A DNA stretch of 50,013 bases, taken from contig NMRA01000302.1 of NCBI GenBank assembly GCA_002633005.1, positions 489,628 through 539,640 of the forward strand. Reading direction: 5' to 3'. Below the pieces are notes generated by a model that was given only the letters and a program-made list of their open reading frames with translations, was not told the origin of the DNA and made no database searches. Positions 25,132-35,900 of this stretch are shown here, piece after piece. The position numbers were made by a program, and so were the translations under genes. The stretch's first letter is position 1; every line of letters begins with the position of its first letter. The DNA comes from Phoronis australis (taxonomy: Eukaryota; Animalia; Phoronida).

Positions 25132-25865
25132 TTAGTTAGCGTTAATAATCCTGTGTCGTATGAGTGAGTCTCGTAATTCCATGGCTGTGTTTATAGGCAG
25201 GTAACCAAATCTGGCGTACGTTTCCCTACATTCGGAGTCGATAAACTTGACTGTGTCAAAATGAATAGTTTTCTTCCACAAGTACGCAGATTCTGAGGCG
25301 TTCTTCCTGTTCGTCCCGTACCTGCTGGGCACAAAACTGCACCGCGAGTCTTGAAATGATTTTTTTTTATATGTTTGTTTTTTTGACTTGCCCTCTTTCT
25401 CACAATTGAGCTTAATTCCCGTAGAACGTTCCACCCACGATAGAACATTTTTGTGCAGTGTGAAATTTATAAATTTGTACAAATTAATAGCAGTTGCAAC
25501 CGGTTGCTCTGCAGCAGTTTCGTAGTTCAGTCTCATTATAACGTTCTTCGGTAAATTTGCTGAAGATTCGTAATCATCGACGATATCTTTACATAGATTT
25601 GAGGTGTTCGTGTTCTGGTACTTTTTATCAATAGGTTTCCTGGATTCGTGAGTACCTCGCGGGTCTCTAACAACATGGACTATCTTCATATCGGGGAGGT
25701 CTTTCAATATTTTTACGGCGTCGCGCATTGCTACTCGAATAACTTTCACCACACGCAATGTCGCTTTTTCACAAGCAATTTTGACAAGACTGACACAGCG
25801 AATATACGGCTTGGTGTTCATACACTTGTAAAACGGCATTAGAGACTTTTGCGCATCATATCGTC
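25132..25865 (-). pseudogene. 3'-half duplicate of the sulfotransferase CDS (partial paralog or uncollapsed allele)
   Basis: Open frame RYDAQKSLMPFY...HRIINAN*, near-identical to the C-terminal half of 26485-27939. Similarity stops exactly at N 25866. The downstream flank is also duplicated (24578-25865 vs 25940-27221). Confidence 0.8.
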
Positions 25866-26484
25866 NAATCGAGGCTGTTAATCTATCACCACTAGTACAC
25901 GCACGCCCTCTAGTTATTGTAGATTTTCCGAATAGCCCCATTTGAGCTGCGTTCTTTGCGAGTAATCGTTACGGCATCCTGATTTCTGGTATTACAAATT
26001 TCGTCTTATCTCAGGAACGTACAGAGCTGAGAGCTGCGTCATGGTCCTTATCGAGAATTCTACAGTGTCGTCGTTTGCAAAATATCAAAGGTTCACCGTG
26101 CTATAAATTCGAACCACCCCCCGAGCAATGCTGGCTACGGGTCTGCGCATTGGGTTGCCAATTATTAGCGTGTTTTGGACAAGTTGACATTTTAAACTGT
26201 GTTGCAGCTTGAGTAAAAAGTAGCCTGCAACTGTGTTAAGACCACGCAACACTGGATTGTATGGTCACTAAGAACGTGAACTTTTTGATGTTTTTGTCCA
26301 TCGGTAAGTCGCCTAACGGTAAAAATAAACTTACGTACGATGAAGGGTCCAGTCAAAGCAACATATCATTGATTGACTAATTTATTTCAAAACTCAAACT
26401 CCAGTTTCATTTGAGAAGATCTGGCCTCACGTTGACATATCTGTTGAGCCTTTGAGTTTCATTTGACGAAGTTTAGTACTAGTT

Positions 26485-27939
26485 TTAGTTAGTGGCATTA
26501 ATAATCCTGTGTCGTATGAGTGAGTCTCGTAATTCCATGGCTGTGTTTATAGGCAGGTAACCAAATCTGGCGTACGTTTCCCTACATTCGGAGTCGATAA
26601 ACTTGACTGTGTCAAAATGAATAGTTTTCTTCCACAAGTACGCAGATTCTGAGGCGTTCTTCCTGTTCGTCCAGTACCTGCTGGGCACAAAACTGCACAG
26701 CGAGTCTTGAAATGATTTTTTTTTATATGTTTGTTTTTTTGACTTGTCCTCTTTCTCACAATTGAGCTTAATTCCCGTAGAACGTTCCACCCACGATAGA
26801 GCATTTTTGTGCAGTGTAAAATTTATAAATTTGTACAAATTAATAGCAGTTGCAACCGGTTGCTCTGCAGCAGTTTCGTAGTTCAATCTCATTATAACGT
26901 TCTTCGATAAATTTGCTGAAGATTCGTAATCATCGACGATATCTTTACATAGATTTGAGGTGTTCAGGTTCTGGTACTCTTTATCAATTGGTTTCCTGGA
27001 TTCGTGAGTACCTCGCGGGTCTCTAACAACATGGACTATCTTCATATCGGGGAGGTCTTTCAATATTTTTACGGCGTCGCGCATTGCTACTCGAATAACT
27101 TTCACCACACGCAATGTCGCTTTTTCACAAGCAATTTTGGCAAGACTGACACAGCGAATATACGGCTTGGTGTTCATACACTTGTAAAACGGCATTAGAG
27201 ACTTTTGCGCATCATATCGTCTTGCCCACTTCCACTGATTCACGAGTACTGCTGGTGGCAAGACGGATAAGTTACAGGTCAGTAGATCTTTGATTATTGA
27301 TGGATTAGTATTCGGGCGAAGTTCTAGGTTCCAATAAGGCTCGAAGATATATATGGAGTACGGGTGCATTCCATAGATCTTGGAGACGAACGTCGTTCCA
27401 CTCCTCCAATAACTTAGAACGAGAACCTTTCGGGCTTGAGCAGATAGCTTGGAGTAGCTTTCGTCAGTGGCATACATGCTCAAAGTTGCGGAGCCACCGC
27501 ACCGTCCACGGGGATCGTCGAAACAATCACTCGTGCAGGAACGCGGCTCAGGTACATCGCCCAGGGTTTTGCAGCACCTACAAAACGTAGCACAGCGTAT
27601 TCCAGCGTATGGACGCTTTTTTGATTGACAATACTTAATACATTCTGCCACGTTCTTCACGTATGTTTCTTTTTCAAGCTGTCTGGCCCAGCATCCTAAA
27701 TATAAGTTTGCCACAGAATAATGAGGAATAGCTTGTTTCGTCGTTGTTGTTTGTTGATTTGGTGCTGGCGTCTGCTTGCTGTCATTGCCCACGCGCATGG
27801 TTCTTTTCAGTAGTGCCGTTGCTTTAACATCCAGTGGATTTGAGTTAAGTATGAAGTATACAAGACCAAGGATGCCACAACCAAGAATGAATGCAAAGAT
27901 TCGGAAATGGATTCCACGGATCCACCTATTTAGCCCCAT
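26485..27939 (-). CDS. Type II membrane WSC-domain carbohydrate sulfotransferase (CHST1/Gal-GlcNAc-6-O-ST family), 484 aa
   Basis: ATG at 27939 just after a tttcctttgcacag acceptor. Signal anchor IFAFILGCGILGLVYFIL; WSC domain (YLGCW...CIKYC...YAGIRCATFCRC...CTSDC...CGGSATLSMY); 5'-PSB KVLVLSYWRSGTTFV; YIFEP; VVKVIR; 3'-PB IVHVVRDPRG; YE motif; C-terminal C....FGY. Uninterrupted ORF. Confidence 0.92.
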   Translation of the reverse strand: MGLNRWIRGIHFRIFAFILGCGILGLVYFILNSNPLDVKATALLKRTMRVGNDSKQTPAPNQQTTTTKQAIPHYSVANLYLGCWARQLEKETYVKNVAECIKYCQSKKRPYAGIRCATFCRCCKTLGDVPEPRSCTSDCFDDPRGRCGGSATLSMYATDESYSKLSAQARKVLVLSYWRSGTTFVSKIYGMHPYSIYIFEPYWNLELRPNTNPSIIKDLLTCNLSVLPPAVLVNQWKWARRYDAQKSLMPFYKCMNTKPYIRCVSLAKIACEKATLRVVKVIRVAMRDAVKILKDLPDMKIVHVVRDPRGTHESRKPIDKEYQNLNTSNLCKDIVDDYESSANLSKNVIMRLNYETAAEQPVATAINLYKFINFTLHKNALSWVERSTGIKLNCEKEDKSKKQTYKKKSFQDSLCSFVPSRYWTNRKNASESAYLWKKTIHFDTVKFIDSECRETYARFGYLPINTAMELRDSLIRHRIINATN

Positions 27940-28906
27940 TCTGTGCAAAGGAAATGTTACTTCAACTCTGTCAGTACTGGAGTAAGCGCCAACATATGTG
28001 AATAACACTCACTGGATTAAATGCGACTGTACAACTGGCAATATATTTTTTAACAATTCATACATACCGGACGACTCGCGCCTACGTTGTAGAATACACA
28101 CGCAAGAGCGGATAAAAGGGATGACTTAGCTTCGTTAGGGATAACTGGCTTCGATCCGTCGCCTCCTGGAGAGGGCAAAACTTTGGATTGGGAAAGAGCC
28201 TAGACAATCGATCTTTTAACGGTTTGTGTTTTGTGGAAGTTTGTCATCAAGGCCACCTGTTGGCTGGAAATCTAAATTTACGTTCTCAAATTCCATTGAG
28301 GGGTTTCATTCTACTTTGGAAACCCGGCATTCAACGAATGAAATGTGACGTATGTTCTGACCCGTTATGTCTGTTGTGACCGTTATTTCCATTTTACCAT
28401 CCTGGTTATCTCTTCCAAATTTTACTCATTATGTCAGTTTTGTCCAGTTTAATCCATTTTATCCACTCTGACTCATTATGTCCATTTTTGATTCTTAGGT
28501 CCATGTTCGTCTTTTATCGGTTTTGATCAATTATCTTAATATTAAAAAATATATATGTAGTCAGTTATTCTGAAATGAATAAAACGATTCATGTGTTTCT
28601 GCCCGCCCGCGAAATCACACTTCAATTACCGCCCACTTGTCTGACACTTTAAGTTATGTTTGGCCTTATCGACACGTCTGATAGTGTGTTCTTAGCCAAA
28701 TATTTACAAATCTATAGATTTTAACTCAGCAAAACTGAACATTTTTCTGAAAGTGGAAATCATGTAAAATTTGATTTTTAAATTCAAACCTATTAAAAAT
28801 ATTAGCACAGTCCCAAAACCACTTCCGCATTATATCAAGCTCTCATTCACTCCATTGCATAGGAGTAGGAGACATCTTTGTTAAATGATGCATTTGCCAG
28901 TAAAAA

Positions 28907-28968
28907 CAGGATTTGAACCGGGTCTCCCAAAGGGAATTCTGTGCTCAAACCATTGAGCTACACTGTCT
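28907..28968 (-). mobile_element. tRNA-derived SINE head / tRNA pseudogene
   Basis: On -: A-box TAGCTCAATGG and B-box GGTTCAAATCC at Pol III spacing, but no complete cloverleaf. Confidence 0.6.
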
Positions 28969-30789
28969 CCTCAAACTTTATACCAGTCTACCACTAGTTA
29001 GGTCACGGGGTCTTGCTTTTTAGAAAAAATGTCAAAAAAGAAATGTTCATTCATAGCAAAAACAACAGGATCAGTAACATTACCAAATTTATATGATAAA
29101 AATTTTCAACATGAAATCTGAAAAATGCTCTTTCAGTTTTCTAAATTATCGCCTCGTTTCCGTTTTAGGCAACTTTGATTTTTTCATAATATACAAGTCC
29201 TATTTTTATGCAAAAGTGGAACATTTTGAAAACAATTTCTAGCAGAGTTTTGCAGAACATTGTAAAAAGCATATAGTATTTAAAAGTTTCGTGTGAATAC
29301 GATCAGTTATTTCTGAGATACGGTGTTTCGAACTTGTCCAATATTGGACATTTTTCTAGGGCACTGGAAGAAAAATATAAGCGATTCAAAATCGTACCCT
29401 GAACTTTGTGTTTCATGATCGCCAGTCTGGAAATTCAACTTTGCCGTTGTTCAATCTATAGGTAGTTTCTAAAATGAGATCCATACTTATAGAAGTGTTT
29501 AAACACTTCCACCATACAGGCCCAGCTTCCCCTAAATGTTTTAAATTTCGACCGTCGGTCTATAATATTTTGGGAAAACATGTTATCTCTTTTCAAGTCT
29601 CGTTCCACTACTTTTTCTCTTAAACTCCTCACACAATCAATGTGTGTCTTTGTGAAATAAATTACCTGAGCCATTAAAAACTTGAAGTATTTGGTTACGA
29701 CTTTTTTGAAAGTGATTCTGAATAAGCTGCTGTACAGTGTCATATAGCCTTCCGTGGGGCATAGGCGCACGCTGACGTAGCCAACCACCTTTTTGGCATT
29801 TAAACATAGCGCCTACGCACGGCATGTTACGTTATAGTAGGGCGTATACTCAGCCAACCGTCTTTTTACATCTTAACTTAGCGCCTACGCACAGTAAGTG
29901 ACTGTATAGTGGGGCGTAATCTTGATACAATAGCTTACGGTATCGTAGGCAACACGTAGCCCCTCGGTTGGCCACTTAAGGGGCTACAGTACTTCCGTTC
30001 GCTTTCTGTACGCATTTCGTTACAAGCCTCTTAAACGGGCAGTAACCCAAATCCGGTCACCGATTTTGAGTTTTCACCTCGTCAAAAATACATTTCACGC
30101 TTAAAATTATCACTTAAAAAAGCGCTTACTTTCTTCATTGGTCCTTTCTACTTATATACATATCTTCTGTGAAGTTTAGTTGTGAGAATTAGGGTGACTT
30201 TGGCGAAAAATTCCAATTCCACTTCTTTGGTTTCTGTTAACTTTTTCACCACGAGCGCGATAACCTTAAGTAGGTCAACTGAGTCACGTGAGTTAGACAA
30301 AGGCTAGCGCGAGACTGAACGAAGCGCGTGACACTAGCGCGTGACACTAGCAAAATAGCTTGAGAAGGTATCAGTTGAAATTTGTAAGATTTGTGTTCTT
30401 TGTACTTTTTATTCGTCAACCTGCGTGATTTCACGTAACTTCCTTAAAATGGCACCCGGTAAGAGAAACTTAAGTAAACCGCGACAGATTTTCATTGATT
30501 TGACCAAGTTTTGCTGTCTAAATTGTATCTAGAGTCATGGTATGTGTTAATTATAACTCCATGTTCCTATATGTATGGTTCACTTGATTTTATTTGCTGT
30601 ATTTTGAAATGAATAACTTTTTGTGGGGATGTACTATCGTCCCGGTATGCCTGCGGCTGTGGCATTCAGGGCGATGTCATTGCCTAACGGTATGGATGCA
30701 CTGCTATGCTGGCGACAGCAGTGTTACCCTCTGACACAGCACCACCTATAATGTCCGTACCCTTAAGACCCTTTACCATTGTATTCTTC

Positions 30790-30958
30790 AGCCTCGGCTG
30801 TAAAAACGAAATAGTTACAGTTATGCCACATGTATGTACGAGGGTGATAATCGTTCCTGGTCCGCCATTTTCTTTCATTGTTGAAGATAACCAATGACTG
30901 CCGAGGTTACATCAAACAGTAATGAAGCGCGTGCTACCTGCGTGTTCTCTACACGCAC
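30790..30958 (+). repeat. ~165-bp dispersed direct repeat, second copy at ~36306-36468
   Basis: Near-identical cggctgtaaaaacgaaatagtt...gcgtgttctctacacgca. This copy ends at N 30960. Confidence 0.85.
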
Positions 30959-30960
30959 GN

Positions 30961-31228
30961 ATACTCTCATTGTCTAGAGTCATCTCTTAATTTATTTCAT
31001 CTGTCTTAGTTATTTTTTTACCATTATTTGTCATTTAGTTATTGTCTTAATTCTCAACCTTAACTGTTTTAATTGTATCTTTGTTACGTATATTTCATTG
31101 TTGTTTTATTAATACTTCATTGTGTTATATTACTGTTTTTCTTGTTGAGGGCCCTCTTGGAAAGCAGTGCTATCACTGAAGAGGCCACCCTCATTTTAAA
31201 TATCGCAATAATAAATAAATAAATAAAT
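30961..31228 (+). mobile_element. Probable 3' end of an L2/CR1-type LINE
   Basis: T-rich tract, stem-loop gagggccctctt...aagaggccaccctc, then a (TAAA)n tail. Confidence 0.5.
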
Positions 31229-31234
31229 GGACTC

Positions 31235-31303
31235 CATGGGCGGTGCATCGTAGGGGGCTGGGGGCTATAGCCCCCCGCTTATTTCAGAGCTGTACCGCCC
31301 ATG
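31235..31303. mobile_element. ~70-bp mini-MITE, second copy at 47138-47207
   Basis: catgggcgg.gca ... tg.(a/g)ccgcccatg inverted ends around an internal palindrome gggggctatagccccc. Confidence 0.7.
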
Positions 31304-31980
31304 AACATCGTGTATAATTAATCTTTGAAGAGTACAGACTAACATCTGTTACCGAGTAAGGAGATTTTAGATTAATATTTCAGTGCAAAGTAACAGTTCT
31401 GGTGTCATACCATAGGCGGATAAAGGGTAACCGAAGGGCCCTGAGGACACACACCACGGGCGAATAAAAAACGTCGCAGCATATCGCTTCTGGGCGTTAC
31501 GCACCTATTTTCCTTGAAAATTGTGTTTGCCTCTCCCTCTTCAGAGACCGCTTGGAATGCATGCGGACCTTTGACTTCCTATATGTGTGGTTGGGCTCCT
31601 TTCTGCTTCATCCTAAATTTCCACTGTAGACTAGAAGTAAATACCCACTCGTGAGTCAAAAATAGGCCTACATGTTTGTGAGCCAGATTTTGCGAATTCA
31701 ATGCTCTATTAAAATTCAGTGCTCAAGGTGATACGGTGGGCATTGGGCGCCTACTGACCTCTAATTTTACCACTACAGCACTGCATATAGGCGCCCGTAA
31801 AGAAGTTATAATACGTTGAAACAGAATTTTAAATAACGGAATTTTAAATAATGGTGGTCATTAATTGCATGAATTATGCAAATTTATCGTGGACTAAGCT
31901 GCCAACTGATTTCATTCAAAAACAAGAAATATTTTTGGGTGGACATATCAATATAATTAGCCTGTGGTGTCTGGTACCAG

Positions 31981-32137
31981 GCGTGCGTTCAGTAACGCTA
32001 GGACCTACGCCAGGACCTATGCTAGGACCTAGCTAAAATCTTGCCAAAGTCACATGAGCTCATTTAAAATACACAGCAAAATCTCACGTAATCTCGTCTT
32101 GCTTTTAAGCGAGGCCCTAGCGTTACTGAACATGAGG
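31981..32137. mobile_element. Harbinger-like MITE
   Basis: Perfect 16-bp inverted repeat gttcagtaacgctagg (31987-32002) / cctagcgttactgaac (32116-32131), flanked further out by CAG/CTG. Confidence 0.6.
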
Positions 32138-35100
32138 CTGAAGCAATAAGCACGAGAAGAATTTTCAATCATGGCTGCCGTAGTTTGCATAATCTGTACA
32201 AATTCTCAATGTATCCACCTCTAAAGTAGCCTCATAAAATTCACTGGCCATACAAACATGGGTGAAAACATAAACTAATTTACCAGCAGTACGTAGTGAG
32301 GAAGTTATAATCAGAAATAGAATTTTGCATAATGGCGGCCTTCATTTGCACATTTAAAGTAATGATCAGGGTTGCCATAGTTAGATACCAGCTAAAATGC
32401 TTCACGGGTGTTACATAGCCATGAAACAAAGAAGAAAACTCATACTACCGAACATTCTTAGGAACTCCTTTCTGGCTGCTGGATTAAATTGAAACTTCCA
32501 CAGTTCTAAGTACTAAAAAATTATTTCTTGTAATGTGCTGCGAGATCAGAGTATCATTTTTCAAATTATAAACTGATATAGAGCAGATAACTCCAGCATA
32601 TCAAAGTGATTACTTTTGTAAATTGCGAAAGCAAAACGCCTTTTCAACACAGTCGCTTATCAGAATTCTCAAACATGGATCATCGACACAAACTTGTGAC
32701 CTGTAAGTTACGAGTTCGAGTTGGAAATTGCGAACTTCATTTGCATTGGAAGGACATTACAATGACCACTGGTAAAGCAACATAAAAAACTCAATCGCAT
32801 GAAAACTGCATACAGTAAACATCGCGGTCTGTCACGCATAAGTTGGATTTTCGCTCAAATCGAACGAAGTTCTGCTGTACAGTAATTATTGTTCTAGTTC
32901 GTACAATTCTTCCTACGGGGGTAGCATTTTGCTTAGTTCGTGTCAAATCTCTTAATTCTGACTTTAACTCAAAAGCACACTCTGGATAGGTAGCAGTTTG
33001 GGTGAACACCATAGTTTTTGAAGAGTGCAGATGGGTTTTGAGATGTGGCTGTCTGTATAGCTTCATGCCAATCTCTTACTGTGCTTAGTAGGCGGATGCC
33101 TTGAATGTTGTAATTGTGTGAAGATGTTATTAAACAGATTATTATTTAAAACTACTTATTCTTATTAAAATGACATGAATTTCAGTTGTCAGATCTCTTG
33201 TATTAATATATGGGCCCGACTTTCAATGTCTTGCTAATTTCATTTTAATAAGAGTAAATCATTTTACATAATAAGGTGTTATTGCCGTTTTTTAATTACT
33301 TTTTGGTATTTTGTCATGGGTACCATCAAAAGTTACATAGGAAATATTCAGCACTAATGTCTTTTGTTATTGCCGTAGTCGTCTGATTTATCATTATCAG
33401 CATTTGCATAAATTAGTTACCCCATAAGATAGTGTTAAATAAATTGTAAGACAAAATAGAGTTCATAAACTAGGCGCTACTTTGCAAAATTGGTGTCACG
33501 TTTTTGTGAGATAATATCTATCTTCGTTGTACTTTTATTCTCAGTGAAGTTTTTGTTGGGGTGCTATGGAGTCAGCCTGTAGGATAAATGACAGCAGAGT
33601 CGGTAGGTGGCTCCTTGTGAAGGTTTGGTCTGTGTCGGTGACTGAGTCGGTTACGAGGTCAAAGTTAATCTGGTTTACCAGAGAACCAGAGAAGGCCTCT
33701 AGAATGGCATCACCAAAATTTATAAAAAAGAATTCTGAATTGAAAATCAGCTGTGCCTGTCACTGTGGCCATCACGGTTAAGCCGAGGTAGCCTACATGT
33801 ACTTGTACTTTTTTGCCCGTAAGGGGGCAGGGAGATCTGTATCCAGAAGGGCTGGGTGGTTTGGAGCTGTGCCGCCCACTTGCATGTGTTTTACGGACAC
33901 AACAATTGCTCTGGTCCATAACTGGTGTTTGGTCTACGGTATTGAAATTTTTCCACAGTGGCCATGAGTTAAAAATAGGGGCTCGGGTCTGTAGATTCGG
34001 ATCACCGCATATTCGGTGCCAGATGATATGGGGTGGAATGTTTTCACCCGTCGCCGGGTAGTGCTGCTCTCATATCTTAGAGAAATCGTATGTCGATCAA
34101 ATAGTTGTACGACCGGTACTTTAAAGTGACACAATCGACTACGAGAAAGCGCTTTTATGAACCCTAGTCTGGCAACCAGACCCTGTTGGCATTGGGTTCT
34201 GGCCAGGAACCTGTTTATTACTTATTGGTCAATGAAGGACGTGAACCGCCCGGTGCTCAGTAAAGCATGGGTCTGTGCTTAGAGCGAATCGAGTGATTCA
34301 CTGAGGAGTGATTCACGTATATGTATCACGAAAATTTCGACCATCTCCCCGGGGTTACCAAAATGTGAGTCAGTTTTTTAACCAAAGCTAATTTACTAGG
34401 CCTGAGAGGTATTCGGTTAAATATGTGTCTGATCGATCGAAGGAATGTACGCCAAGGGGCGGGGACCGTAATTAAGCTCACTCTCGCTCTAAACACTGGT
34501 GGATCTAGAATGCCGCTATTGGGAAAGCAATCACAGGGCGAAGATCAGGTTGTCCGCAAAGCTACTTAAAACGGCGTGCCGGTGGCGTTTTTTGGCCTTG
34601 TCTCGGAAGGAGAGAGGTCCCGAGCTACCTTCGTGGGATCCCTATGGTGAAGTCGTAGAACTGAAACACCGTAAGCATGCATGCGTTTTCTGGACACAAA
34701 TCGAATTTTGATTTAGCCCACTGAACGTTATGAAATCAGTGTTCCGACAGTGTAGGCCTAGGTGTGATTTGGGGGCATGGAAACGCCTAGCAGTTCGTCA
34801 TTGTTTTGACATTAGGTTATACAAGTTGGTTTGTCATGGTGAACATAGTCTCGATCTATGATGGACTGTCAGTTTTCACTGAAGACCAAAATCACTTCTC
34901 ATGTAAATAAGAAGGAACGCCGGTTTATTGCCTTTTTATATTTTTTATTAAAAAGTTTAAATGTGTGTCTTTCAATAACTGTTTCTCAGTTACGTTATTC
35001 TCAAATCATGAAACGGCGTATTCTATTTCCATGCAAATAAGTCGGTGAATAACAGACTGGCCGGTGTTCCCTATCCAGTTTTACTGAATTTGAAAATGAC

Positions 35101-35199
35101 AGTTTATGAAGTCGGCCATAGCAGCCCCTGACCGATGTGTTAGCAGCATGGTCGCCGCAAACTAAACATTTTGGTCTTCCAATATACGGAATGCCAAAG

Positions 35200-35900
35200 C
35201 AGAAAAATCCAGAACACATGTTTTCTATGCAAGATTTAAAAACAAGTCAAAACATTATTTTTATTTTGAAGGATCAAAAATAAATGCCTCGGCAAAACCA
35301 GACTTAGTGCTTTTCACTTGTGCAAGAAAATCCACTTTTCACTCTGCAAGATTAAAAAAACAGCTCAAGACCAAAAAGTTATATCCTCAGGACCGAAAAT
35401 TTAACACATCAGGACCAAAATTTAACACGCCAGGGCTGAGTTGCATTAAGCTTCAAAAGTTATTCTCTGGGGCCTGTTCCAAGAAACTGACTTAAGTTCA
35501 TTTTTGACTTAAGTTTAAGATTTGTCTTAAATTCCAAACTTTGAGACTTCCACATTTGGTAAGTTAGTCAAAATTAAGACAAAACTTCTGTCAAACACTT
35601 AAATCAAACTCATAATCTCTATTTTGAATTGGTTTTCAGACAACTTTAACTTATATTTTAAAATTTACTGAAATGTAAGACTTGTCTTTGCTAAGTCAGT
35701 TTTGTTGGATTGTTGCATGACGTCAGGTGCATAAATTGTTCAACAATAAAAACGTGGCGCATGATAATGCGACGTCATTGTTGATATAGGCCTACGGCGT
35801 ATAACTTTTATGCGACCGTAAATTTAATACGTCAGGACTGAAAATTTATCATGGCATAAAATGTTCATGCCAAGCGACCACGTGACCATCCACAAGCATC
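35200..35900. repeat. Repeat family copy, inverted relative at 45825-46030, interrupted by a Harbinger-like MITE at ~35470-35710
   Basis: Shared acacatgttttctat, caggacc(g)aaaattt subrepeats and cacgtga.catccac in opposite orientation. Insert ends ggggcctgttccaagaaactgactta / taagtcagttttgttgga. Confidence 0.55.

Noticed and set aside
25867-25941. N-terminus MGLFGKSTITRG... of the 269-aa ORF as a novel fusion
   Set aside because: It reads through the assembly N at 25866.
27940-28008. First 23 codons of the 507-aa ORF
   Set aside because: Non-ATG start; the segment ends in a pyrimidine tract plus CAG acceptor, so it is likely intronic.
28907-28968. Functional tRNA gene
   Set aside because: A and B boxes are present but the acceptor and anticodon stems do not pair.
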